Below, in pieces: positions 34,387 to 45,568 of a stretch of 64,000 nt of DNA. The DNA is from Diplonema japonicum (taxonomy: Eukaryota > Protista > Euglenozoa: Diplonemea). The stretch spans positions 1-64,000 of the forward strand of contig OZ025721.1 of the NCBI GenBank assembly GCA_964019335.1, read 5' to 3'. Each line of letters opens with the position of its first letter. Positions within the stretch are counted from its first letter, which is position 1. The notes under the pieces were generated by a model, which ran no database searches, was not told the origin of the DNA, and saw only the letters and a program-made list of their open reading frames with translations. The translations under genes and the position numbers were made by a program.

Positions 34387-35385
34387 ATGCAGCTGTTAGT
34401 TAAAGCCTTATGGGCCGGGATAGTTGTGATGTTAGTAATGTGCTGTGTGATTGTGGGGAAAATAGAAGTCGGGGTCAGCAGGAGAAGGGTGGTGGTGTGG
34501 CCACTAGGGGGGCTGGGGAATCGGATAGGGTGCTTGTTGGATGGTGTTGCTCTAGCGGAACAACTGGGGTGTGTGCTGGAGGTGCACTGGGTAGTAGATG
34601 AAGCCTGCGGCATCCCTTTTGAAGGGATCTTCGACAGGCCTGTGAAGGGGAAGACGGTGGTAAGCCCAGAACCACCGGAGCTCATAGGGTTGGATGTCCT
34701 CGTGGCGACACCAAGGGTGTACAACAGCATCTCAACAGGGGTTAGGAAAGCATGGCGGGAGGCTTCACCAGACGCACGGGAAACTTCGCTTTCCCCTTCT
34801 GCCCCGCTCGTCAAAAAACTGATCTCCGAATCCCTCTCTATCCTGTACGTGAACGACAGGATAGCGGAAGGCGTGTCCATGGAAGGGCTGTCTGTTGTTT
34901 ACAAGAATTATTTCCGGTTTAAACGAGAAGCACGGCACGCCTCGCACGTCTTCATCGAAGCGCATGGCATCTCTGTTGCCACCATAGGGGTGCATCTCCG
35001 GGGGACGGACGCTGCAAAAATGCCAGACATGAGCAGGATCATAACAGATTTAAACCTGCGTTTTCCACAATCCTCGTTCTTCGTTTGTTCGGACTCCTTG
35101 GAGCTTGAGAACGAGCTCATGAACGCCTACCCCCCTGGCAGGATCCACCGGCGGGGGAAGCACCTCTATCCTTACCAACGCGACGCCTCTCTCCCCTTCA
35201 GGCCTGTCGATGGCAATGGCACACGCATTGCCTCGAACATAGTCAGACCTAAACAGTCCGTGATCGAAGCTCTCATCGACCTGCTGATCCTCTCTCGGGT
35301 ACACCTCCCGAGCCCAAGGATTAAGGGCTCGGTCGTGAGCAGCTTCCTGGACATCGCAAGAGTGCTCCAGGAGATAGGTGTTTGA
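34387..35385 (+). CDS. Type II membrane fucosyltransferase-like glycosyltransferase (GT11/GT23/NodZ fold)
   Basis: N-terminal TM segment, GGLGNRI, IGVHLRGTD, FFVCSD, ALIDLLILSR. Confidence 0.82.
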   Translation: MQLLVKALWAGIVVMLVMCCVIVGKIEVGVSRRRVVVWPLGGLGNRIGCLLDGVALAEQLGCVLEVHWVVDEACGIPFEGIFDRPVKGKTVVSPEPPELIGLDVLVATPRVYNSISTGVRKAWREASPDARETSLSPSAPLVKKLISESLSILYVNDRIAEGVSMEGLSVVYKNYFRFKREARHASHVFIEAHGISVATIGVHLRGTDAAKMPDMSRIITDLNLRFPQSSFFVCSDSLELENELMNAYPPGRIHRRGKHLYPYQRDASLPFRPVDGNGTRIASNIVRPKQSVIEALIDLLILSRVHLPSPRIKGSVVSSFLDIARVLQEIGV

Positions 35386-35545
35386 AGAAAACCATGAGAG
35401 ATTCGATATAGTATTTCTTTTTTTTTCTTTCTCTTCTTCTTTCTTTTTTTTTCTGTTTTTGTTGTCTTTTTCTCTTATTCTTCATTCTCCTTTTCGATGT
35501 TTTCTTTTCTGTGAAGGAGGGAAGGGTCCCCTTCTCACCCAAGAC

Positions 35546-36403
35546 ATGACTGCGGGTGTCAATGTGCTGAGCAAGCAGATTGACGAGATGTGCCGCAGCA
35601 AGCCTGCGCTGATCCCAATTGCCATCAGGCTGCTGCGTGTTACGGTATCGACTCTGCAGGAGGCAGACGGGGGCGGGGGGATGCGGAGGAAGAAGAGGCT
35701 GCCGAGTTTGAAGAAGCAAGTGGCACAGGTGCCGACACCACCCCCGCAGATGGCACAGGCACCACAATATGGAGAGACGGTCCTACCACCTCTTACAGCC
35801 GACAGGGGGGTGCCACCTGAGAGGGAGAGGTTCGAGAGGCATGAAAGTCCCGTGTTGCTGTCACCGCCATATACGCAGCCGGCCACACAAATATCATCCG
35901 ATGGTGAGTTCATGAACGTGCAGACATCTTTCCCTCCAGTGGAGTTGGGGACGCAGACCAGAACAGAGCGGGAGCTGTCCAGGGAGAGGTGTGAGAGGGA
36001 CCAGCGGGAGGAAGACGCACGGCAACAGAAGCAACAACAACAACAGCAACAGCAACAGTCTAGCATCCCTACCCACCACCACCACCACCACCAATATGAC
36101 TTGATAGGTGGGCAGCATGCCGCCTCGCATGAGGCTGCCCCTAAATCGGGTTTCATGTCCCACATGCATGAGCTGCGTGCTGGGCCGTCCGACCGGGAAC
36201 GTGTGGTCAAGCAGCAAAGGAAACAGGAGTGGCTGGCATCGCTTGACGACCAGGTGAGGGAGAACAAAGCACGACGCGATGCTGCCAAGCGGGATGCCGA
36301 GGAACAACTCCACCAAGAAGAGAGGAAATACCAGATGCAGAGGAACCTGCCGCCAGTCGTGCGGCACACCTCGTATGACCACAGAACCATCATTCCTAGT
36401 TAG
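35546..36403 (+). CDS. Hypothetical protein with Q/H tracts and a C-terminal coiled coil
   Basis: GC-rich ORF with coding-like codon use; start follows a pyrimidine tract. Confidence 0.75.
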   Translation: MTAGVNVLSKQIDEMCRSKPALIPIAIRLLRVTVSTLQEADGGGGMRRKKRLPSLKKQVAQVPTPPPQMAQAPQYGETVLPPLTADRGVPPERERFERHESPVLLSPPYTQPATQISSDGEFMNVQTSFPPVELGTQTRTERELSRERCERDQREEDARQQKQQQQQQQQQSSIPTHHHHHHQYDLIGGQHAASHEAAPKSGFMSHMHELRAGPSDRERVVKQQRKQEWLASLDDQVRENKARRDAAKRDAEEQLHQEERKYQMQRNLPPVVRHTSYDHRTIIPS

Positions 36404-36783
36404 GTACAAGACGGGGGGGGGATGTGTTTTCCTCTTTCTCCTCCCTCCGTGTTCTCATATTCTTGGCTTCTTCTTCTTTTTTTGTTGCTTTTTCGGTTTT
36501 CTTTTCTTTAGTTTGTACGTTGCAGTCCGGTTACTTGCATATAGCTTGCTTGCTTGCTTCTTCTCCAAATTCTGCATTTTCTTTCTTTTTTTTCTCCCCC
36601 CCGTATGCCACAGTATCCCTCCTTACCCCGGCTTTTTTTTTTTGTTTCCCCACAAAACATTTTGCATTTGCGTTTTGCTTCTTCTTTGCCGTTTTTAAAA
36701 AAAAAAGGGGGGGGGAGCGGGGTGGGTGGGGGGCGGGTGAGAGGGGGGGTTTTTTTTTCCTTTTCTTCGACCCCCTTTCTCTG

Positions 36784-37576
36784 ATGGGCAACTGCCAAGG
36801 GAACAACGGCCCGCGGTGTGGGAAGTGCGATGGCAGACACGTAACAGAGCAGTGCAAGGTGTACCCAAAACCTCGGGAGAGCCACCCGGACGCGCGGCCC
36901 CACACCCCTAGTAGCGGGGCGGAGAAAGACGTCATGCTGAGAGAGGCCGTGGTGGTTCGGCAGCCAGCTGACAACCACTGCCTGTACCACGCATTATCAC
37001 ACGGGCTGAAAAAGAAAAAATCGCCCCCAACACTTCGCAAAGAATTGTCAGGCTGGGTGCTAGCCAACCAGCAGGTAGACGTGAAAGGGAGAAAACTCAT
37101 CGAATGGCTCAAAGAGGAGTACCCCAACGAGGACAGCGAACAGTATGCTGAGCTGGTATGCAAAGAGAAAGGGAAAAAAAAAAAAAAAAAAAAAAAAAAG
37201 ATGAAATCCTCGATGCGATGGGGTGGCCTTCCTGAGCTCACGGGGTGCTCGGTTCTTTATTGTGTGAACATCAGGATATGGGAGAGGAAGAAATCTGGTT
37301 TTCGGTTGCTGTCCAACTTCCCTGCACCCGAAGTGGTCGAGCAGACGATCGATCTGCTTTACAACCGTGGGTATGGGGAATATAAAAAAAAAGAAGAAGA
37401 AAAAAAACATCAGGCGTAGCCACTACGATACACTGGTAATCCCCAGCAGCAACCCCTTGCACAAGCCTCTCCCTTCTCCTCCAGAATCCCCCTTGACTGC
37501 CTCAGATGTGCAGCCTATAGTGGATGAAGAGAACCACACAGACAAGAGCCCCGAGAAACCCCGCAACGGAGCGTAA
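36784..37576 (+). CDS. OTU-family deubiquitinase with an N-terminal MGNC acylation motif and a CCHC-like knuckle (introns 37156-37200, 37371-37413)
   Basis: PADNHCLYHA, WGGLPEL and the spliced GRSHYDTL give the OTU D/C/H motifs. Knuckle CGKCDGRHVTEQC. Confidence 0.87.
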
Positions 37577-39025
37577 CGTATGGAGAAACGAGAGGGAAAG
37601 GTGGGGAAATAAGAGAAGATTACAAATCTGTTCTTTTTTTTTTCTTTTTTTTTTCTTTTTTTAAGGCAGAAGTTCTTTCTTCTCCCCCCTCCCCCTTGAT
37701 GTGCTCTTCAATTTCTCTTCTTCCCTCCCCCTCCCTTACTTCAGAGAACGAAATAGACCGTGTTTTTTTTTTTTTAAAACTTTTTATTTTTTTTAGATGA
37801 AAATAGAAAACAAAAAAAAATATAAAAAAAAAAGAAAAGGGATATGGGGGGAAAAAAAAAGAAGAAGAAACACAAAAGAGAAAAGAAAAAAAAAAAAACG
37901 TGTTGAAAACTGTTTCCTTGTGGGGAAAAAAAGAAGAAGAAAAAAAAAAGAAGAGAAAGAAAAGAAAAGGAAAGAAAGAGGGAATAGGAGTACTGCAACG
38001 AAAGAGAGGCTTACGTTTTCACGTTCCTCGTCTACACCTTCCCCTTTCGGGAGTGCCTTTCTTTGTTTCTCCCCCCCCCCCCCCTAAATCTACACATTGC
38101 TGCACATTTTCCCCCGCACCCAAAAAATGTTTCACTGCAACATTTAAAAAAAAAGAAGAACAAAAAATACAGCATTCTGCAGGGCAGGGTTAGCTTATTC
38201 TTTATTAGGAGATTTTCAAAAGGTGCAAGCTTGTGGTGTTGGTCCCCCCCCCCCCCCCCCCTGGTATTGTGTTTGGAAAACGTAACCAAGCCTTGGTGTT
38301 TTTTTTTTTAAAGCAATACGTTTTATTTCCAAACTACTTCAACAAAGAAGGGAGAAAAAAAAAGAGAAATCTGTTGCACACCTGGGTTTAAAAAAAGAAA
38401 AGAATCTTTTTTTTGATTTTTTTTTTCAAGAGCTTAGTTGTTGCCCCCCCCCCCCCCCCCCCGTCCTTTCCTCCGTAAAAAGACAATTCAGTCTCCTTTA
38501 TGTTTTTTTTTCTTCTTTTCCTTCTCCCATTTCTCTCCCCTTCTTCCCCACCCTTTTTTTTTTTTCCTGTATCACAAGATTCTTTTTTTTTTCCGCCCAA
38601 TTCGTAGTTACTATTTTTTTTTTTCTTCTACCGGCACCGCCAACATCCCCGATATCGTCGTAGAGGTCTGAGAGTCGTCCCGGTCTTCGAGCGCACATGC
38701 TGCCCGGTGGCTACTGGTATCGAGGTGGCGGCTCTGACGCCAGCCCCTCAACCCCCTTGATAAGGTCGAGCCGCCTCTCTGGCTTCAGGCCTTCCTTCAG
38801 GGACCACCTCCTTCTACACCACCTGCACCACCTTGTGTCCGTGTAGCATGCCCCGCGAGCGCTCTCTAATCGACATCCCTGCGCCTTCCCACAGAATCCC
38901 GTATTTTTGGACTCAAAATATGAAAAAAAAAAACGGGGGTGGGGGGAAATTCCAAAATCCGAAAAAAATTTTTTTTAATGCCAGAAAAAAAAAAAAAAAG
39001 GAGGGGGGAACCAAAAAAAAAAAAA

Positions 39026-39979
39026 ATGTCCCGCCAACAGGCGACCCTCCTACGGAAGATATGCTCCGTGCAGAGCATAGCTTTTTTAAGCGACCAGGCA
39101 GAGAGGTCAGGCCGTGATGTGACCCCAAGAAGGCTTCTCGTCGAAATCATGGCAATGAAACGGACAATGGACACCAGCGAGTTCGTGGTGAAGTTGAAGC
39201 AGTGCATAGAGAACCTGAAGGAGTGTGTAGGTGAAAGGCGAGCTGCCGAGACAAAAACCATAGTTGCAGATGTGTTGAGGAACTTCCACAGGGAAATCGA
39301 AGCTCTACACGATGCACCTGTTGAGGGAGAGGAAGACCACCCTGGCAACATTGACTGGGACACTGCACCTGGACAACTCGAGTTCGATGCCCTCTTGAAA
39401 CTCCCATCGCAGATCGACAACGATGCTGTCGTTGCGTTGAAACAGTTCAACCAGCTTCCTGAGATGCTGGGCTCCGCCGCCACCTTCGTGGTCCTCCAAC
39501 AGGAAGTCAAATCCACGCCTTCCATGTCCCTGGAGCTTTTTTACAGAAAAGCGCTTAAAAGTTTGGCCAACTCCCGTGACACTGCGCAGAGGATCGCCCC
39601 CGAGCTGTACCATGGCGTCTTCCGTGCCACGGAACCCATTGCCAACCATCTGCAAGAGATTTACAAGATTCTCCACGGTAGAGCCAACAGGTTGACGGTC
39701 ATCCCGCCACCTCTATGCCCCCCTGTTCCTGTGTACACGCCGCTTCGCAAGGTTGGCTGTGGGTTCCCCTCGGTAGCCCTGCAGCGTGTTAAGAGGCAAA
39801 CTTTCGTGTTCGGCAAGGGACGGGGCGGGAAAAAACAAGGGGGAAAAATCCTGAAGGGGTACAAGGTTCACGGGGAACCCTCGTTGCGAAAAGCTGTGCT
39901 GCAGCATTACACACAAAAGGAGCAGCCTTTGTCCGAGCTGGCCGTGGCACTGACAGGGTGCGCCTGTGCGAACATATGA
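39026..39979 (+). CDS. Hypothetical protein
   Basis: 317-codon GC-rich ORF from MSRQQ, lying between homopolymer-rich spacers. Confidence 0.75.
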   Translation: MSRQQATLLRKICSVQSIAFLSDQAERSGRDVTPRRLLVEIMAMKRTMDTSEFVVKLKQCIENLKECVGERRAAETKTIVADVLRNFHREIEALHDAPVEGEEDHPGNIDWDTAPGQLEFDALLKLPSQIDNDAVVALKQFNQLPEMLGSAATFVVLQQEVKSTPSMSLELFYRKALKSLANSRDTAQRIAPELYHGVFRATEPIANHLQEIYKILHGRANRLTVIPPPLCPPVPVYTPLRKVGCGFPSVALQRVKRQTFVFGKGRGGKKQGGKILKGYKVHGEPSLRKAVLQHYTQKEQPLSELAVALTGCACANI

Positions 39980-39987
39980 GGTCAGGG

Positions 39988-40026
<39 letters not shown>

Positions 40027-40124
40027 ATTCTAGAATAAACCCTTCCGGGGTTCTATATCCCCCCCTTTTTTTTTGAAGGCTCAAACATTTCTTTAAAAAA
40101 AAAAGGAAGGGGATTAAAAAAAAA

Positions 40125-41183
40125 ATGTTACTTCGGTGTGTTGAGAAGACAGGAAGGTGCACGCGACGCAGCAGGTTGGGGGTGAGGGGAGGGAGACAGA
40201 CAGCCAGCAAACAAAACCAGCAAAGAATGTGCAGCAACGAGGCTGCAGGGGAGAGACGGATCTTCGGGGATGAGGAGTTCGTAAGAAACCATGAATCTCA
40301 GGTAAAACACCAAAATAAAATTTAAAACCCCCCCCTAAAAAATTCAAAGGTACGCACCCATCGTGATTTCTACTGGCCTGTTCTTTACATAGTGGGGTCT
40401 GCCTTCGGGGCGTGGTTCGTGGGCAACATGTACATGAAACTCACGACAAGGGACAAGCAAGGCAAGGCCTTCCTGGACGAGCTGATCTTCCACAAGAGGG
40501 ACAAAATCCTTGGCGACAAACCACAAGGTCACAACACCAACCCAACGCTACTTATTGACGTCTATGATTTGCTAGTCTGTCTGACATACAGAGACGGGTG
40601 CAAGTTCCAACAAGCAGTGTTAAGGCCCGGAGCAGAAGTGTTCTTGGACAGGCTAAAGGATAAATACGAAATCGTCATCTACTCCCTGTCAGAACTGGGA
40701 CCCATGCAAGAACTATTCGGTAGATTGGACCCAAACCGCGAGATCTTCACCAATCTCATCACAAGGGAGCTGATCAAGAGGATAGACTGTGGAGTGTGGC
40801 CTTATGGTGTAGTACCTTCCTTCCTGGCACCTAGGTACAAGAAGAACCTTAACGACATAGGCAGAAGACTCGAGAGGGTGGTCCATGTGGAATGCGAACC
40901 TGATAATATTTACGATGACAAGGCACAGGATGACAACAGAATCATAATTCCCAAGTATGACGGCTCGGACACCGACAGGGAGCTGCTTCACTTGCTTCCC
41001 TTCTTGGAGTACTTAAGTGATAAAACGAAGGCACCGTTCGATGTCCGCCGGGCCATCCACTTCTACCAGGGGAAGGCGGAGGAGTACGGGGTGGAAAATA
41101 TCGGTGTCGCGTACATCCTCTACCAAGAGGAGAAGAATACAAAAGCGCCTAAGGTTGAGAAGACCGGTTGGAACCTCTTCTAG
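40125..41183 (+). CDS. TIM50: TIM50-like mitochondrial NIF/FCP1-fold protein (intron 40302-40349)
   Basis: Arg-rich presequence-like N-terminus, a single TM (FYWPVLYIVGSAFGAWFVG), TLLIDVYDLLV, LRPGAEVFLDRL..KYEIVIYS, KKNLNDIGRRLERVV, DRELLHLLPFLE. Confidence 0.75.
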
Positions 41184-41692
41184 ACAGGAGGAATAATAAT
41201 AATAATAAAAAAAAAAAAAAACTTTTTGCACTTCTGATGAAATGCGTTTTTTTTTTATGGGGGGAAGAAAAAAAAATCATTTTTCTTTTTTTTTTTTTTT
41301 TGCCAAACCCGCTTTTTTTTTTTGTTTGTTCCCCTCTATTTTGGAGTGTTTCCCCCCCCCCTTTTTTTTTGGATCAAATGAGTTGAGTTTACTTGTTTTT
41401 TTCTCTCGGTTTTTTTTTTTCTTCTTTTTTCTTCCCCCTCCCGTTTATTTTTTTTTCTATCCAGTCCAAGGAAAAAAAAAACCCCCTTCTGATTTTTTTT
41501 TTATATTTATGTCCCCTTTCTTTCCTCCCCGTATTTTATCTTGATTCTTTCATCTCCCCCCCCCCCCCCCCCCCTCCCCAATCATACTTTTCCCCTTATT
41601 CATCCACACACACATTCATCGCTCCCCCCCTCCTTGCTTTTTACAAAATTTCTCAAAAAAAAAAACAAACAGAGGGGGGTGTCTCAGTCAAG

Positions 41693-43302
41693 ATGTCCGT
41701 TTCAGTGGTGCAGAAGGATCTAGATGACTTAGATGATCGGTACAAGTTGGAAAAGGTGATTGGTGCGGGGAGTTATGGAGTGGTGTTGAGGGCTGTTGAC
41801 AACAAGGCAGAGGCGGACGACCCGAACCCGAAGTGCGCGGTGAAGAAGGTGAGCAAGGAAATATTCACCGACATGGGCCTGGCCAAGAGGATCCTTCGGG
41901 AGATTAAGCTGCTGGGGCACTTCTCCAACGAGAATATCGTGGGCTTGAGGAACCTCATCACCCCGCCGAGCAAGGATTTCAAAGAGTTCTTTATCGTCAT
42001 GGACCTGATGGAGACAGACTTGAAATCCGTGTTTAAGTCTGGTCAGAAGATGACGAACAGCCACGTGCAATATTTCTTGTATCAGATTCTAAGGGCGCTG
42101 AAGTTCATCCACGCTGCTGGTGTCATCCACAGAGACATCACCCCTGCCAATATCCTTGTCAATATCAACTGCGATCTCAAAATCTGCGATTTTGGTCTAG
42201 CACGTGACGAACCTAAGGAAGACGATCAGTACCTCACGGACTACGTCACCATGAGGTGGTACCGCGCACCAGAGTTGGTGATGGAGAGCAAGACCTACAA
42301 CGGGTCCGTGGATCTTTGGGGTGTGGGCTGCCTCATCGCGGAGATGCACGGATCAAAGCCTCTCTTCCCTGGCAAGGACAGGGTGAACCAGTTGGATAAG
42401 GTGTGGGAAGAAATTAAAAAAAAAAAAAAAAATAGGTGATTGATATCATTGGCACCCCTTGTGAGGAGGAGCTCATCACCGTTGGGTCTGAAGCGGCCCA
42501 GAGGTACATCAGGAAGAAGAGCAAAAAAGTGAGAATGGACTTCCAGGCAAAGTTTGTGAACGCTGACCGTCAAGTATGTAGGGGGGTTCAAAATTAACCT
42601 GATGCACACCGCGACCTATCTCCGGAGGGGGGGGGGGGGGGGGGGGGGGGATCCATTTTTGCAATTTTGATCTTGGGGTGTAGTGTGGAAGAGAGATGGC
42701 AGTATTTACAGAGTCATTGCTCTTGGGGTACGAGAACGCTGGAAAATATAGTGGGGGGGGGGGGGGGGGGGGGAAAGCCGTATGTAAATAGAGGGCTGAA
42801 CTTGTGAAAACAAGATTAAAACGGCACTCCTGGCAGAAGGACAGGTCAAGAAAGTTGTCGAAATCATGCTGCCTGGCTTGAAGGCCTTCCCAATTTCCGA
42901 ATATTGGGTTTTTGGTTGCCGCCCGCCATGACCAATCCAAGGAACAATTTACTCAGCAGTTAAAAGAGGCCTCAGGGTTGTACTTGGCGCGCCCAATGTT
43001 GACGGTCGACCCCTCCATGAACCGATGGTTTGTTAAAGGCTCTCCACCACTGGAGGCCCCTCATTCATGCTCCCTCCTCGTCACCCTCAACAGCCTTCGG
43101 AGGTCACTTTCCTTTTATTATTGGAAGTCCCCTCTTTTTCAATGCTCCCAGCGAATAAAAGCCTCGCTCAAAAAATATTGTTCTTTGAGGGGAGGAGTGG
43201 TAGAGGTTCAAAAGTATTTAGAAGGGGAAAGAAAAAAACACGAAAATTTTCAACCAACAATCTATTGCGCCTTGGTGTGCATCGGGTTGGAAGAAGAAGA
43301 AG

Positions 43303-43340
<38 letters not shown>

Positions 43341-43717
43341 ATGGACCTCATGAACAAAATGCTGGTGTTCCACCCCCAGAAGCGGATTACCGTGACCGAA
43401 GCACTGGCACATCCTTGTATGAAGAGGAAAAAAAAAAAAAAAAAAAAAAACACACACACACAGACCTCGATGAACTTCATGACGAAGAGGACGAGAATGT
43501 GTCCGAAGTCAAACTCTTCGACTTTGATGACAGTGCCTACTCTAACACAGCTGATGTCAAGTCTGCGATCTACGAGGAGACCTTGGCCTTCCACAGGCGA
43601 TTCCCTTCGACAGCCCCCAAGGGCAAGAAGGCTCCCTCCCTGGACCCTACAGAAGTTTCAGGCCGTGCAGCACAAGGAACCCTTGAAAAGCAAGACGTGG
43701 AAGATACACAGTTCTGA
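41693..43717 (+). CDS. Mitogen-activated protein kinase with TDY activation motif (introns 42401-42435, 42574-43337, 43417-43463)
   Basis: GAGSYG, AVKK, HRDITPAN, DFGLAR, LTDYVTMRWYRAPE. Splicing restores QLDKVIDIIGTP, ADRQAMDLMNKML and AHPYLDELH. Confidence 0.95.
42598..43286. mobile_element. piggyBac-like MITE (~690 bp) inside MAPK intron 2
   Basis: Left end TTAA|CCTGATGCACACC and right end GGTGTGCATCGGG|TTGG: a 13-bp TIR with 1 mismatch and a degenerate right TSD. Confidence 0.65.
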
Positions 43718-44005
43718 GAGGGAATTTAAATTTAAAAAAAAAAAAAAAAAAAAGGAAAAAAAGAGAAAAGAGATAGTTACAGTTTCTGCTGTGCCCATTT
43801 CCTCCCTTTCTCAATGCACCCCCCCCCCCCACCCCCCACTTTCATAAAAAAGATTTCCCTCCCTTTTTGAAAAGGTTATTTTATGGACCAAAGGGGCCCC
43901 AATGCTTTTTTTTTTTTATTATTATTATTATTATTCTCCCTGTTAATGGTGTTGAAGACAAGAAGGGAAAAATGGGGGTTAAATGGAAAAAGGGGGGGGG
44001 GGGGG

Positions 44006-44054
<49 letters not shown>

Positions 44055-44469
44055 GCGAAAAGTGTAGTAGGGGGCGCTAGTTGTCCTCCTTCTGAAAGGG
44101 AAAAAAAACCCTGGGCAATGCCTACTATACATTTATTCTGGGGGACACAAGAAAAAAAAAGAAGTGAAATAAAAATAAAGGAGGAAATACTAAAAGAAGA
44201 AGAAAAAAGGGAAACTTTATTCTTCTCGCTTATCCACGCGCCGCCACCCCCTCCCCTCCCCACCCTATCCACACGAAAAAAAAAAGTGTATAAAAAAGGG
44301 AACAAAAAAAAGAAAAAAAAGCCCCCCCTCCCCTAAATGCGAAGTTTTCTTTTTTTTTTTTTGCTAGTGTTTCACCGCCCCTCCCCTTCTTCTTTTTTTT
44401 TTTTCTCTCTGTTTCTTACCGCAGGTACTTGGGGCAAAGTCATTTAGACGCAAGTAAATCGTGAGAGGG

Positions 44470-44502
<33 letters not shown>

Positions 44503-44689
44503 GAGAGAAATAAGAGGAGGAAAAAGAAGAAGAAGAAGAAGAAGAGAAACTGGTGCCTTCTGTATTACCAACTTCCCCTCCACACACACACATATATATA
44601 ACTACCCTTCCTCTTGTTCCCTCAGCACCTCTCTTTAATTAGTCCTTCTTGAATTTCTGCCCCTGCCCCCCCCCCTTTTTTTAATATTA

Positions 44690-45256
44690 TTGTGAATCTC
44701 TTAATATTTCCCGGGGGGAAAAGTGATCTACCTCCATTTTTTTTTCTTTTGTGGCAAAAGGGGGGGAGGGGGGATTAAGCTCAAGGAGGAAAATATGTAT
44801 TCCCGCTGCCCGAGAAAAATTTTCCAGTCGGGTGTAGTTTTACAAAGCCGCATAGCACTTCAAAAAAAAAAAAACTTTCTCTCGACAGGAAAGGCCAAGC
44901 CGTAGGGAAAGAAGGAAAAAAAAAAAAAAAAGAAAAAAGAAAAATACTATTTGATTATGAAAAATCAGATTACCTGGTTTTTCATAAAATACATGTTTTT
45001 ATTTACTGGCAATCTGCTTTCGAACGAAATTTTTTACATGGAAGGTGTCAAGAGGGTCTCCAGTCAAGGCCCTGTTCCCATGGGGTTATTGTCCTTGAGT
45101 CCCACAAGGACACCGCCACCTAGGTCGTCCGGGCTTCTTGGGAAAGTAAAACTTGATTTATATTTTAAAGCCAAAATTTCAAGAGAAAGCAGCTTGGAAG
45201 TGAATAAAAAAAAAGTGACTTATTCCCGGAAGCGAATAACATTAAGAGTTTCGTGG
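44690..45256. mobile_element. Possible old TA-flanked MITE
   Basis: Degenerate inverted ends sharing GAA.CTCTTAAT.TT...GGGAA.AAGT, TA on both sides, and a higher-complexity interior than the flanks. Confidence 0.35.
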
Positions 45257-45568
45257 TACTTTTTTTTTTCTTTTTCTTTTTTTTTATGTTTTTTTTTTTC
45301 TTCTTTTCTTATTGACATCCCCTACTCCCCCCCTTTTTTATATTCCACCTGTTTTATTTTACTTTTATTGTTAACACCAAAACGCCCTCTTCCCCCAGCA
45401 CCCCCTCTTTTAGCCCCCCCCCTTTTTATTATTATTATTTCTTCTCACCCCCATTTTTTCTTCTTTTTTTTTTCTTTTCTTTTTTTTTTTTACCACAATA
45501 AGAAAGGAAGGGGGGGGGAGGGGAAGGGAAACAAAAAAAAATAAAAAAAATAAAAATAAAAAATAAGA

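Noticed and set aside
39980-40023. Poly(A) right after the stop of the 39026 gene, suggesting a retrocopy
   Set aside because: Long A-runs are ubiquitous in these spacers and no TSD is evident.
43777-43795. TTACAGTTTCTG resembling the spliced-leader exon
   Set aside because: The match does not extend to TACTTTATTG/GTATG; no SL-RNA gene was found in the window.
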